Assembly (NCBI GenBank): GCA_963695875.1
Contig: CAVOID010000007.1
Location: 64,001-128,000 of the forward strand
DNA length: 64,000 bases
Source of the DNA: an uncultured delta proteobacterium
GTDB lineage: Bacteria > Desulfobacterota > Syntrophia > Syntrophales > UBA2185
Direction of reading: 5' to 3'
Part shown: in pieces, positions 10,165 through 20,046 of the stretch
How positions within the stretch are numbered: position 1 is the first letter of the stretch
How the letters are laid out: every line of letters begins with the position of its first letter
The notes under the pieces: model-generated
What the model saw: only the letters and a program-made list of their open reading frames with translations
Told to the model about the DNA's origin: nothing
Databases searched by the model: none
Made by a program: the position numbers and the translations under genes

Positions 10165-10479
10165 ATGAAAAAGAGCTATACCGTTATCCGTTTTCTTGTC
10201 GTCATCATGATGATCGCCGCCTTTGTGGCCTGCGCATCGACACCGAAACAGGAAGGCACGGGGGAATATATCGATGATTCCGTCATCACGGCCAAAATAA
10301 AAACTCAGCTCGCAACTGATGATTTTCTCAAGTCATTTCAGATCAGCGTAGAATCCCGCAAAGGCATCGTTCAGTTGAGCGGCTTCGTTGATTCTCAAAA
10401 TGCTGTCGATAAGGCGGGCCAAATCGCAGGCGGCGTCGAAGGGGTCAAATCCGTCAGGAATGATCTCATCGTGAAATAG
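10165..10479 (+). CDS. Single-BON lipoprotein (OsmY-like), copy 1
   Basis: VAC lipobox; DDSVITAKIK...VQLSGFV...GVKSVRNDL; AAGGAG RBS before ATG 10165. Confidence 0.9.
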   Translation: MKKSYTVIRFLVVIMMIAAFVACASTPKQEGTGEYIDDSVITAKIKTQLATDDFLKSFQISVESRKGIVQLSGFVDSQNAVDKAGQIAGGVEGVKSVRNDLIVK

Positions 10480-10544
10480 GCAGCCGTTATCCTTTCTCGT
10501 GCAGAGATGTCGTATAAACAAGTTCTTATCATAAGGAGGGGGCG

Positions 10545-10718
10545 ATGAAGAGAATTATTATGTTGGCAATGGTTTTAGTGATGATGCTTGTATCCATCGG
10601 AGGATGTTGGGTAGGGTGGGAAGACAGGGGTGGAAGAGGTGGAGGATATGACAGAGGTGGAGGACATGACAGGGAAGGAGGTCATGACAGGGATCAAGGG
10701 CATGGAGAACGACGTTAG
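10545..10718 (+). CDS. Small Gly/His/Arg-rich lipopeptide, copy 1 (57 aa, not in ORF track)
   Basis: AAGGAGG RBS; MKRIIMLAMVLVMMLVSIGGCWVGWEDRGGRGGGYDRGGGHDREGGHDRDQGHGERR. Confidence 0.8.
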   Translation: MKRIIMLAMVLVMMLVSIGGCWVGWEDRGGRGGGYDRGGGHDREGGHDRDQGHGERR

Positions 10719-10865
10719 GAAAGAAAGGAGAACGTCACAGGGCAACGCCTGATTGTGGATCACTCCACAATTAGGTATCCGGAAACTGCAATAAGAGCGA
10801 TTTATTAACCCGAGTCGGCTCGCCCATTTGTGTGATAGTTACGGCTTTAAAGGAGGGATATCAAC

Positions 10866-11826
10866 ATGCTACATGTTGTTTTTTCGATTGTGTTTGCTCT
10901 TCTGGCTTGTCCGATCTATGCTGGGGAAATCCACTTTCTAGGCGGTTACGGGGTGACAAATAACCCCGTGCAGAATACCGGAGCATGGGAAGTCCGATAC
11001 ATGGAGGGGCTTGGCGAGAATTTCGCCTATAGTCTTTCGTATGTGAACCAGGGACACTTTATCTCGCACCATCGAGACGGTACTGCCGCCAATCTATGGG
11101 TCCGCACAAATCAAATCCACAAGCAGCTATCACTGGCCGTCGGAGCCGGCCCCATATTCTATTATGACACCGTACGCCCTCCTGACGGAGCCCCTGCGGA
11201 TGTTCACGGATGGGGGACCATGGTCAACCTGTTGGCAAGCTGGTACACAAAAAATCGTTGGATTTATCAACTGCAAGGCTACTGGGTGAGGGGTGGCAAC
11301 AGTTTCGATACCCTATCGGTGCTCGCCGGCATTGGCTACGAGCTCGACGCTCCACCCTCGCCAGGTCCTGATGTCAAGGCGCCTCGCCAGACCGAGGAAA
11401 CGACCAACAACGAACTGACAGTCCTGGGTGGTCAAACGGTCGTAAATCTCCCGGGTAATGGGAGTTCGACCGCAGGCAGCATTGAATACCGGCGAGGGAT
11501 TTGGCGATACGTGGAGTGGACCGCAGGAGTGCTTTACGAGGGTAAAAGCTCCCTGATCGACCGGTATGGGCTGACCACCCAGATCTGGTTAGCAAAGCCC
11601 TTTTTCGATGACCGCCTGGCTCTCGGTGCCGGCTTTGGTTTTTATTTAGCCGAAGATAGCCTCCGTGAACAGCGCAATGGCGGATTTTTTTCCGAAATCG
11701 TCTCGATAACTGCCAGCTACCGAATCAGCCCACACTGGGACATACGAGGCACATGGGACCGGATCATCACGGATTATGACCGGGACTCCGACATTTTTCT
11801 CGGCAGGTATCGGTTACCGGTTTTAA
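10866..11826 (+). CDS. Putative outer-membrane beta-barrel protein, copy 1 (+1 frameshift near 11801)
   Basis: Near-identical to 31095..32054; an extra G removes the GIGYRF* end. Confidence 0.7.
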
Positions 11827-11968
11827 AGTTTGCCTTTCCTATCTCCACGCTCGTGGCAAGGACTCCTGATTTCTAACTGGCCAAAGTGTCGGCAAACTTT
11901 TTGAGCATCGTGATACCGTTTCATTGTTGTATAAACAAAAAAACAAATTCTTATCAAAGGAGGGGGCG

Positions 11969-12151
11969 ATGAAGAGAATCATTTTGTTAGCAATGGTTCT
12001 AGTGATGCTACTTGTATCAATTGGAGGATGTTGGCCATGGTGGTGGGAAGATGGTAGGGGTGGAAGAGGTGGTGGTGGACATGACAGGGATGGTGGACAT
12101 GACAGGGGTGGTGGACATGACAGGGGTGGTGAACATGGAGAACGACATTAG
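11969..12151 (+). CDS. Small Gly/His/Arg-rich lipopeptide, copy 2
   Basis: AAGGAGG RBS; IGGCWPWWWEDG followed by GGHDR repeats. Confidence 0.8.
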   Translation: MKRIILLAMVLVMLLVSIGGCWPWWWEDGRGGRGGGGHDRDGGHDRGGGHDRGGEHGERH

Positions 12152-12183
12152 GAAAGAAAGGTGAGTATCACTACAACGCCGGT

Positions 12184-12307
12184 TAAACTGCGGAGAATCT
12201 TCGATCCACAAGGAATAATAATGTTCCCCATTCGCTTGCTTACCCCGCAGCAAGCTACGGGGGATGCGATCACTACCGGATTCAATTTTCCCGCGGAAAG
12301 CTTCAAT
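12184..12307 (+). mobile_element. ~120-bp hairpin miniature element, copy 1 (rearranged)
   Basis: Shares CTGCGGAGAATCTTCGATCC...AAGGAATAATAATGTTCCCCATTCGC...CCCCGCAGCAAGC with 35081..35199 and the reverse complement of 32452..32572. Confidence 0.8.
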
Positions 12308-12335
12308 CTGCGCAGTTAAATATATCGCATATGTA

Positions 12336-12393
12336 CCGCCTCCACCGCCGGGCATTAGTATCTTTTTTCCACCCATCTTTATTCGTCCCTAAG
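12336..12393 (+). pseudogene. 3' remnant of the Pro-rich protein gene
   Basis: Encodes PPPPGISIFF...IFIRP*, matching the end of 33247..33567. Confidence 0.75.
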
Positions 12394-12423
12394 GACGTTG
12401 TGATCTAAAATAGGAGGAGAGAA

Positions 12424-12987
12424 ATGAAGAAAGATATTTTATTGACAGTACTAATGGTTTTTGGATTAACCTTGTTTACGGGCTGCGTCACTATGCAAAC
12501 ATGGCCAAATAATGAAAGAAGTGCAGAGAACAAGATGGTTGTAATCCAGGAGAAGATTGGGGATGGGTTGAAAACCGGCGCGCTTACCACCGATCAGTCC
12601 CAGATGTTTCTGACGACACTGAAGGGTATTCGAACAGACTATGAGGCGCTGAGAGACAAAAGGGTCTCCCGGGAAGAATGGAACAGCCTTCATGGAAGAC
12701 TTGATGTGCTTGGAGAGGAGATAAACAGGGCGCTTGCCCGGACTACAAGAATTGAAGAACCAAGGAATGGGGACAGGATTGTCGCACTCCAAAGGAGAAT
12801 TGATGATGGAAGAATCAGCGGGCGCTTGCCTCAGACAGAGGGGAGAGAATTTCAAGCCAGACTAGACTCCATTCGGAGTGATTATTTGCGGATGACGGAA
12901 GGAGGCAGATCCACCACGTACGAGGAGAGAACAGACATTTCCCGTCGGCTTGACTCATTGGAAACGGATCTAAATCGGTTCCGGTAG
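12424..12987 (+). CDS. Helical lipoprotein with an internal duplication
   Basis: FTGC lipobox; IQEKIGDGLKTGAL...IRTDY and LQRRIDDGRISGRL...IRSDY repeats. Confidence 0.8.
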   Translation: MKKDILLTVLMVFGLTLFTGCVTMQTWPNNERSAENKMVVIQEKIGDGLKTGALTTDQSQMFLTTLKGIRTDYEALRDKRVSREEWNSLHGRLDVLGEEINRALARTTRIEEPRNGDRIVALQRRIDDGRISGRLPQTEGREFQARLDSIRSDYLRMTEGGRSTTYEERTDISRRLDSLETDLNRFR

Positions 12988-13163
12988 AATCTTTATAAAA
13001 TCGGCATCCAGGGTTGACTTTCTGGAGTAGTGGGGAGGGCCCTGCTACGACCATCCCCTTCGGGGAAGGATAAGGTATTGGGTTCAATATACGCACGTGA
13101 GGCTCTATGGAGAGGGGAAAGTATCCCTTCTACTTTAATGCGCAGCATGAAAGGAGAAATACT

Positions 13164-13356
13164 ATGCCATTAATTCAATTAGTGATTGTTTTGGTTGTCG
13201 TTGGGGTGATTCTATGGGTGATTAACAGCTACATACCGATGCAGGCCACCATAAAGAAAATCCTCAATGTCGTCGTGATTATTGCAGTGATTATTTGGCT
13301 ATTGAGTGTCTTCGGAATCATAGGACAAGCTCTCAACGATTCACATTGGGAAGTAA
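13164..13356 (+). CDS. Thivi_2564-like small membrane protein (+1 frameshift near 13326)
   Basis: MPLIQLVIVLVVVGVILWVINSYIPMQATIKKILNVVV; removing one base gives ...GKLSTIHIGK*. Confidence 0.7.
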
Positions 13357-13458
13357 ATGACAAAAAAAATATTATGGCAGTTGTATTTATTGCTCGCTAT
13401 AGGCGGCCTTTGATAGCTAAGAAACAAGAAAATCAAATAACAGGAAAGGAGGAAAAAC

Positions 13459-13611
13459 ATGGGTACGATACTGATCGTTATTTTGATTCTCGTCCTCGTC
13501 GGCGTACTGCCCACCTGGCCTCACAGTAGGAGTTGGGGATACTATCCCAGCGGTGGTCTTGGATTGATTCTTCTGATTTTGATCATCCTGCTGCTGATGG
13601 GGCGGATATGA
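13459..13611 (+). CDS. DUF3309 family small membrane protein (not in ORF track)
   Basis: MGTILIVILILVLVGVLPTWPHSRSWGYYPSGGLGLILLILIILLLMGRI; AGGAGG RBS. Confidence 0.88.
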   Translation: MGTILIVILILVLVGVLPTWPHSRSWGYYPSGGLGLILLILIILLLMGRI

Positions 13612-13802
13612 AGTTAGTTTAGTACACGAGAAATCACTATGAATTCGTCTAACACAGGAGAATATTTTTGAAGACATCTCAATCGGCTCGCTTCACAGAG
13701 TACGCGGCCTCTCTGGCGGATTTCAGGCAGCTGTGTGTGGCCCCAGAAGTACCACTTCTTCAGAAAGGCTTCGGGAAAAGCCAAATAATAAGGAGGAATA
13801 CC

Positions 13803-13982
13803 ATGAAATCAAGTACGAAGGACCAGGCGGAAGGCACGTTGCACGAACTGAAGGGTAAGATCAAGGAGGTCGCCGGGAAACTCAGCGACAATCCTGAGTT
13901 GGAAGCCGAAGGCACCGGTGAAAAGATAGCCGGTAAAGTTCAGGAAAAGATCGGCCAGGTTAAGAAGGTCCTGGGTAATTGA
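13803..13982 (+). CDS. csbD: CsbD family stress protein, copy 1
   Basis: MKSSTKDQAEGTLHELKGKIKEVAG...GKVQEKIGQVK; AGGAGG RBS. Confidence 0.88.
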   Translation: MKSSTKDQAEGTLHELKGKIKEVAGKLSDNPELEAEGTGEKIAGKVQEKIGQVKKVLGN

Positions 13983-14046
13983 ATAGTGGGCCGCCGTCTG
14001 CCTGAATAATTTTTTATCAACACATTAGAATGAAAGGAGAAACAAA

Positions 14047-14601
14047 ATGAAACAAGCAAGAGTGAGATTTTTTTTCGTTGTATGCATGGCCTTGATTATA
14101 GGAATCTTCCCGGTTTCCTCTTACGCGGCCACAGCCAATGAGATCGATGCCAATGTAAATGCATCCCTCGAACGATTTGTCAAGGAAGTCAAGGGTGCGA
14201 AGGAGTTTCTTGCCGCCGCCAAGGGGGTCCTTATCATCCCCAAGGTCATACAGGGGGGGCTCATGGTCGGCGCCGAGTATGGCGAGGGAGCCTTAAGGAT
14301 CGGTGGGAAAACGGTCGGTTACTACAACATCGTTTCGGGATCTTTCGGCTATCAGATCGGAGGCGAGGAGAAGGACATCATCCTTGTCTTCATGAGCAAC
14401 GCGGTCTTGAAGAAATTCCGTACCAGCGAAAACTGGCAAGCGGGTGTTGATGCCAAGGTAACCGTGGTCAATGTCGGCGTCGATGATTCCTTAAGCACGA
14501 CAAAATTCAAACAACCTGTTGTCGGGTTTGTCTTTAGCCAGAAAGGGCTTATGGCCGGCGCCACGATAGAAGGTTCGAAATTTACCAAACTGAAAAAGTA
14601 A
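14047..14601 (+). CDS. SYLF/Ysc84 domain secreted protein
   Basis: Signal peptide; AKGVLIIP, GAEYGEGAL, SFGYQIG, KGLMAGATIEGSKF. Confidence 0.85.
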   Translation: MKQARVRFFFVVCMALIIGIFPVSSYAATANEIDANVNASLERFVKEVKGAKEFLAAAKGVLIIPKVIQGGLMVGAEYGEGALRIGGKTVGYYNIVSGSFGYQIGGEEKDIILVFMSNAVLKKFRTSENWQAGVDAKVTVVNVGVDDSLSTTKFKQPVVGFVFSQKGLMAGATIEGSKFTKLKK

Positions 14602-14786
14602 ACAGCTATGAAAGCAGGCAACTGAAGAGGGCTCCCCGGCACTGCAGGATGAATTTACTGCCGGCCACGGGCAGTTCCCTTCAGTTATAAAAAATAAGAA
14701 AGTCAAATTGAATCAATTCATTAACTTGGTTTATAACCTCTTAGCGCTTGCAAGCGCTAAAGATTAAACTTATAAGGAGACAGATC

Positions 14787-15271
14787 ATGAAACAAAAGGC
14801 TTATCAAGTTGCTTTTCCAGTTACACTCGTTGTTGTGATGGTGGCGTTTCTATCCACTATCTTTTTCGCCAATGCAAATCTTTCTTTTGCAGCCTCAGGC
14901 AAAAAGAAATCGTCGGCAGTTGCTAGAACCTCTGCTGTCGAGCTATACTGAGGCCCAGATCAAACAGCTTCAAGGCGCGCTAAATATCACCGAGGCCCAG
15001 AAAGAATTATGGAATAACCTTACTCAGGTGATGCGGGAAAATGCGAAAGACATGGACGCCCTTACCAAGGAAAGGGCTGAAAACAACTAAGACCATGAAC
15101 GCTGTCGAGCATATGAAATTCCACAGTGAAATTACCGAAGCCCATTTAGATCAACTGAACAAGTTGATCCCGCCTTTCGAGGCGTTCTATGCCAGTATGT
15201 CGGATGAACAGAAGAAGATTACCGATACAATATTCCGGACAGGGAAACATGGAAAACACAAGAGGAAATGA
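14787..15271 (+). CDS. Spy/CpxP (LTXXQ)-like periplasmic protein, copy 1 (two +1 frameshifts)
   Basis: Near-identical to 32692..33174; extra bases at ~14942 and ~15082. Confidence 0.75.
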
Positions 15272-15343
15272 TCGGTAATATTATACAATTAAAGATTGAC
15301 GCCAAACAGGCGATTGGAATCGATCCAAGAATGGAGTGACTTT

Positions 15344-15665
15344 ATGAAAACATCAAGTACATGGAATTTTAGATCCATAGTGGGCAAGATTATGATGGGG
15401 CTTGTTTTAGCCGCAATGATCGGCAGTATAGACGTGGCGCCGGCCCTCGGCAAAGATGACCATAAAGATAAGGGAAGACATGACAACGGCCGTTACGAGC
15501 ACAGAGGGCGTGGGTATGACCGCGACCGCTATGTGCAAGGCAGGCCTTATGGCTACTATGGCCACCGGGAGCGAGTTTATTATCCCCCGCCGCGGGTCAT
15601 CTATGCACCGCCTCCACCGCCGGGTATCAGGTATCTTTTTCCCACCCATCTTTATTCATCCCTAA
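15344..15665 (+). CDS. Secreted Arg/Tyr/Pro-rich small protein, copy 1 (frameshift near 15630)
   Basis: Paralog of 33247..33567; signal peptide and YYPPPRVIYAPPPPPG. Confidence 0.7.
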
Positions 15666-15848
15666 GGGGATTGCTTAGTGTCGGCTGCCCAGCGTTCAAG
15701 CTGAGTTGATCTGGGCTGTCGCAAGTAATGCCGTTTGTTATGAGTGAACGGACAGCGCGGGAACTATGTGCCTCGACAAAAAAACAAGTTCTTAGTGTGC
15801 CTGGGCTCACCGACAGCTATTGGCAGACCATTTGCTATTACTATTTTT

Positions 15849-16154
15849 ATGATCCTTGTAATCACACAAATGAATGTCCTTTCTGAGAAGCGCCTGGAGT
15901 TGTCACAGACAATTGCTTCACTGTCCGGTTCCATCAGGATGGAGAAGGGCTGCCAGCGCTGCGACTTCTGCCAGAGTATCGGGGATGAAAATCGACTCTT
16001 TCTTCTTGAAGAATGGGATACCCAGGAGAACCTTATGATCCACATGAAGTCGGAGCATTTTAGGGTGCTCCGGGGGGCGATGAATCTTCTCAAAGAGCCC
16101 TATGAAAGGATGTTCCATACCGTTTTCCATCCGGCGGGTATGGCGGAGATTTAA
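15849..16154 (+). CDS. ABM/putative quinol monooxygenase family protein
   Basis: IRMEKGC...LLEEWDTQENLMIHMKSEHF. Confidence 0.8.
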   Translation: MILVITQMNVLSEKRLELSQTIASLSGSIRMEKGCQRCDFCQSIGDENRLFLLEEWDTQENLMIHMKSEHFRVLRGAMNLLKEPYERMFHTVFHPAGMAEI

Positions 16155-16334
16155 GGAGGTAATAAGTGCGGTAGGTGGAAGTCGTTATTGATCCGGGTGT
16201 GGTCCAATCTCTTAACCGGGCTATGGAAAAGAGATTAAAATAGTACAAAAGAGAAGGTGTGGGAGGATGTCTTAAGGGCCTCCAAAGTAGATTGAACTGG
16301 ATGGACGAATTCTGTCCCCAGAAAGGAGAATCAC

Positions 16335-16484
16335 ATGTTGTGGACGATTGCTGTGGTACTGGTAGTTTTGTGGCTGTTGGGATTGGTGAGCGGCTATACG
16401 ATGGGTAATTTTATTCATATCCTGTTGGTCATTGCCATTATCATTGTGCTGGTCAGAGTCATTCAGGGGCGAAAAATATTGTAG
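16335..16484 (+). CDS. lmo0937-family small membrane protein, copy 1 (not in ORF track)
   Basis: MLWTIAVVLVVLWLLGLVSGYTMGNFIHILLVIAIIIVLVRVIQGRKIL; AAGGAG RBS. Confidence 0.85.
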   Translation: MLWTIAVVLVVLWLLGLVSGYTMGNFIHILLVIAIIIVLVRVIQGRKIL

Positions 16485-16554
16485 CGATTTGAACCCTTAC
16501 CGGAGAAGGTGAGGTATTTGGATCTGATCGTGATATAGGCGAAGGAGTAATACC

Positions 16555-16734
16555 ATGAAATCCAGCACGAAGGACCAAGCGGAAGGCACGTTTCACCAAG
16601 TGAAGGGTAAGCTCAAGGAGATCGCCGGGGAACTAAGCGATAATCCAAAGTTGGAAGCTGAAGGTACCGGCGAAAAGATAGCCGGTAAAGTTCAGGAAAA
16701 GATCGGTCAGGTCAAGAAGGTTTTGGGGAAGTAG
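16555..16734 (+). CDS. csbD: CsbD family stress protein, copy 2 (not in ORF track)
   Basis: MKSSTKDQAEGTFHQVKGKLKEIAG...; paralog of 13803..13982. Confidence 0.88.
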   Translation: MKSSTKDQAEGTFHQVKGKLKEIAGELSDNPKLEAEGTGEKIAGKVQEKIGQVKKVLGK

Positions 16735-16885
16735 TGAGAGCGGCGTATCATGCACCGGCGTGTCCTTGGCCCCCCGGCTGCAGTTGCATGATACACCACA
16801 ACCAGGACTTCGAAAGGCATGAGGTCTTCGGAGTAAAAGAGTTCAAAAAACAACAGTAACAACAATAAAAAAGGAGAACGTACAA

Positions 16886-17641
16886 ATGAAAACAATGTAT
16901 ACAATAGTAGTAATGATGGTGGCGGTTGTCGCTCTGCTGGCGCTCAGCGTGCCTGTGCACGCGTCCAAGATGGATGACCGCATCGAATCATCCGCCAAGA
17001 AGTCGTATGTGTTCAAGACCTACCTCAAGGGTGATGATATTAAGATCCAGTCCAAGGATGGCGTTGTTACCTTGACGGGAACTGTCTCCGAAGAATCCCA
17101 CAAATCATTGGCCCAGGAGACCGTAGCAGGCCTTCCCGGGGTCAAGAGTGTGGACAACAGGCTGGAAGTCAAAGGTGAACGCCCCGCTGAGAACTCGGAT
17201 GCGTGGCTCACAACAAAAGTGAAAACCATGCTCTTGTTTCATCGGAACGTGAGCGCCATGACGGAGGTTAACACCAAAGACGGAATCGTCACCCTGCAAG
17301 GCGAAGCGACCAGCCAGGCACAAAAGGATCTGACGACCGAATACGCCAAGGATGTCGAAGGGGTTAAAGACGTAAAAAATGAGATGACAGTAGCAAAGAC
17401 CTCGAAAAAGACGCAAACGGTAGGCGGAAAGATTGATGACGCTTCCATCACCGCCCTGGTCAAGATGACGCTGCTCTATCACCGCTCGACCAGTGCCCTC
17501 AATACCTCGGTCACCACGAAGAAGGGTGTGGTTACATTGAGTGGCAAGGCGAAAAACGCAGCTGAAAAGGATCTGGCCACCAAATTCGCCAACGACGTAA
17601 ACGGTGTGAAGAGTGTAAATAACCGGATGACCATCGAGTAG
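16886..17641 (+). CDS. Triple-BON periplasmic protein (OsmY-like), copy 1
   Basis: Signal peptide plus three GxVTLxG...GVKxVxN units. Confidence 0.9.
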   Translation: MKTMYTIVVMMVAVVALLALSVPVHASKMDDRIESSAKKSYVFKTYLKGDDIKIQSKDGVVTLTGTVSEESHKSLAQETVAGLPGVKSVDNRLEVKGERPAENSDAWLTTKVKTMLLFHRNVSAMTEVNTKDGIVTLQGEATSQAQKDLTTEYAKDVEGVKDVKNEMTVAKTSKKTQTVGGKIDDASITALVKMTLLYHRSTSALNTSVTTKKGVVTLSGKAKNAAEKDLATKFANDVNGVKSVNNRMTIE

Positions 17642-17656
17642 TCCGAGTCCAAGACA

Positions 17657-17820
17657 ATCGTGCAATAGGAGCATCGGGTCAAGGGTCCGGAAAGGTGCTT
17701 TACATTGATCCGAACCCTTGCGTTTGAAACAAAATAGCCCGGAAAAGGCTACGGCATGTCAAAACCGGTCGACAGCAATATAGTACAGGCAGAGGGCAGG
17801 CATGATGAACGACCGGGTGC
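17657..17820 (+). repeat. Intergenic segment duplicated at 22208..22370
   Basis: ATCGTGCAATAGGAGCATC...AAGGGTCCG...ACCCTTGCGTTTGAAACAAAATAGCC...GAACGACCGGGTG at both sites. Confidence 0.85.
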
Positions 17821-17909
17821 AGATGAAATGGCATCACCACATTAATTTCCCGATGAGCCAGAAGAGGCCATTACATGATTATACTCTCGTTATATAGGAA
17901 GGATCTGTC

Positions 17910-19589
17910 ATGGAGAACACCTACGCCGTCTGTGAGGGCACGCTCGCCCATGCGATAGGTCTGAGTGGATCCCGGTATGCCGGTGCCCGCCGATGCCTAC
18001 TGGCTATCCTCGTGGTACTTACCATGTTCGGAACGAGCGCTTGCCTTGCCGGGGAGCCCCCATCCAGCGACGCGCCCAATTTGCCGCTGCCGGCACTGCA
18101 TCCGTATCAGGAACCTATCTATCACGGATTTGCACGGTCAGCCGGCCTCAATTACCGGGAGGCCCTCTCTCAGATCGCATCGGATAAAGGCCTTGCCGGG
18201 GAGCCCATTGCTACAGGCGCTCCCGAAGCGCCCAAGCCGGTTCTGTCTTGGGAGACTGGCGCCGGCAAGAGCTACCTTGTCCCGGCGCTTGAGATCCCGA
18301 GCTTCATCCTTCTCCTCAACGGGTTCGACCGGCTTGCCTACCCCAACGAGGTTGAAGGGGGGAAAAAAGTCTACGACACGAACCTGTCGACCTTCTGGGA
18401 CCACGTCGTCCATGGCCCCTGGGGGTCTGACCAGGACAACTTCTCCACGAACCAGTTCAAGCATCCTTATCAGGGATCCATCTACTACGGATTCGCACGA
18501 TCGGCCGGCCTCGGCTTCTGGGAGTCCTCCGCCTATACCTTCGCGGGCAGTTTTCTCTGGGAGACGGCCGGTGAGACCACGTCACCTTCCGTCAATGACC
18601 AGATCGCCAGCGGCATTGCCGGAAGCTTCTTCGGGGAGCCACTCTTCCGGATGGCCAGCCTGGTTCTCGAAGGCGATGGCGGCAAGCCTGAGATCTGGCG
18701 TGAGCTGGGCGCAGCAGTGCTTTCGCCACCCCCGGGCTTCAACCGCCTCGTCTTTGGCGACGATTCAAAGCCGTCTTCCCGAGCCATAATCCGGCCACCT
18801 TCTGGCGCCTGCGGTTCGGCGCGAGTTTGCAGCCGCTTGAATGACCAGGGCGGACTGAGCCCAGACGACAGGAAGGATGCGACTATCGACTTCTCCATGG
18901 CCTATGGGCTCCCTGGGAAGCCGGGCTATAGCTATACGCGCCCCTTTGATTACTTCCACTTTGAGTTCATAGCTGTCAGCAGCTCAGACAACCCCTTCGA
19001 GGACGTCATGATCCGTGGCCTCCTCTTCGGAAAGAAATACGAAGTGGGCGACTCCTATCGAGGGATATGGGGACTTTACGGCGGCTATGACTACATATCG
19101 CCGCAAATCTTCCGTGTCTCGAGCACGGCCGCCTCTCTCGGCACCACCTTCCAGTGGTGGCTCGCTCAAGCGGTGGCGCTCCAGGGCTCGGTCCTCGGCG
19201 GCGTCGGCTACGGCGCGGCCGGCAACATCTCCGGATGGGGGAACGGGACTACCACTACGGCCTCGCCCCGCAGGGACTCCTCGCGCTCCGCCTCATCTTT
19301 GGCGACAGGGCCATGCTCGACGCGACGGGTCGCGGGTACTATATCAGCGGCCAGGGCTCCACCGAGACGGGAGGGGAACGAGACCATCGGCCGCCTGAAC
19401 GCGGGGCTCACCGTTCGCATCTACGGCCGCCACGCCCTCGGGATCCAATACATGGCGTCGAGCCGGGATGCGCACTATCCCGACCGGGCCGACAGTCACC
19501 AGACAACGGGAACCTTCAGCCTCGTTTACACCCTACTCGGCGACACCGGGTTCGGCGCTGTCGAGTGGCGCGACGCTGACAGCCGCTGA
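17910..19589 (+). CDS. DUF3943-like outer-membrane protein with compensating frameshifts
   Basis: NQFKHPYQGSIYYGFARSAG...LWETAGETTSPSVNDQ; out-of-frame-looking patches near 18760-18830 and 19240-19370. Confidence 0.7.
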   Translation: MENTYAVCEGTLAHAIGLSGSRYAGARRCLLAILVVLTMFGTSACLAGEPPSSDAPNLPLPALHPYQEPIYHGFARSAGLNYREALSQIASDKGLAGEPIATGAPEAPKPVLSWETGAGKSYLVPALEIPSFILLLNGFDRLAYPNEVEGGKKVYDTNLSTFWDHVVHGPWGSDQDNFSTNQFKHPYQGSIYYGFARSAGLGFWESSAYTFAGSFLWETAGETTSPSVNDQIASGIAGSFFGEPLFRMASLVLEGDGGKPEIWRELGAAVLSPPPGFNRLVFGDDSKPSSRAIIRPPSGACGSARVCSRLNDQGGLSPDDRKDATIDFSMAYGLPGKPGYSYTRPFDYFHFEFIAVSSSDNPFEDVMIRGLLFGKKYEVGDSYRGIWGLYGGYDYISPQIFRVSSTAASLGTTFQWWLAQAVALQGSVLGGVGYGAAGNISGWGNGTTTTASPRRDSSRSASSLATGPCSTRRVAGTISAARAPPRREGNETIGRLNAGLTVRIYGRHALGIQYMASSRDAHYPDRADSHQTTGTFSLVYTLLGDTGFGAVEWRDADSR

Positions 19590-19607
19590 GCCTGAAAAGG
19601 AAAAGTC

Positions 19608-19862
19608 ATGAGAAATAGAATATTTCCACTCCTTACTCTGTTTTTAGTTAGCACTTTATCATCAGGATGCGCTGCATTCCCATTTTTATCATTTCTTCCA
19701 ATTATGGGATCCGCCTACGAGGGTTCACTCGAAAAGAGTGTCACCACAGTCGTCATCAGTATCCCTACATTCGGAGATAAGCATTACGTCGAACTATTTT
19801 ACAGACTTGTCGATGACAATCTCCCCAAGAAGGCAGCCGTTGGCAAAGAGAAAACCCAATGA
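19608..19862 (+). pseudogene. Internally deleted paralog of the lipoprotein at 33665..34129
   Basis: SGC lipobox N-terminus joined directly to EKSVTTVVISIPTFGDKHYVELFYRLVDDNLPKK. Confidence 0.65.
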
Positions 19863-20046
19863 AGGTTGTCATAAACGCGGAAAGTACCATGATTTCAGTT
19901 TGAAATAGGCGGCCGTTATCCTTTCCCGGATGGAGCACGGCGGCCGCCGTTGATCCGAATACTGGATTTCTGAGAGACCCGTTTGAGAGGTTAGTTAAGA
20001 GTTTAAAAAACAACAGTGACAACAGTAAAAAAAGGAGAAAGTGCAA

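Noticed and set aside
12055..12145. 18-nt GGTGGACATGACAGG repeats as a CRISPR or non-coding VNTR
   Set aside because: In-frame coding repeats of the lipopeptide
17965..19579. Overlapping alternative-frame ORFs in the DUF3943-like gene
   Set aside because: Expected in GC-rich DNA; short parts are the true frame between compensating indels
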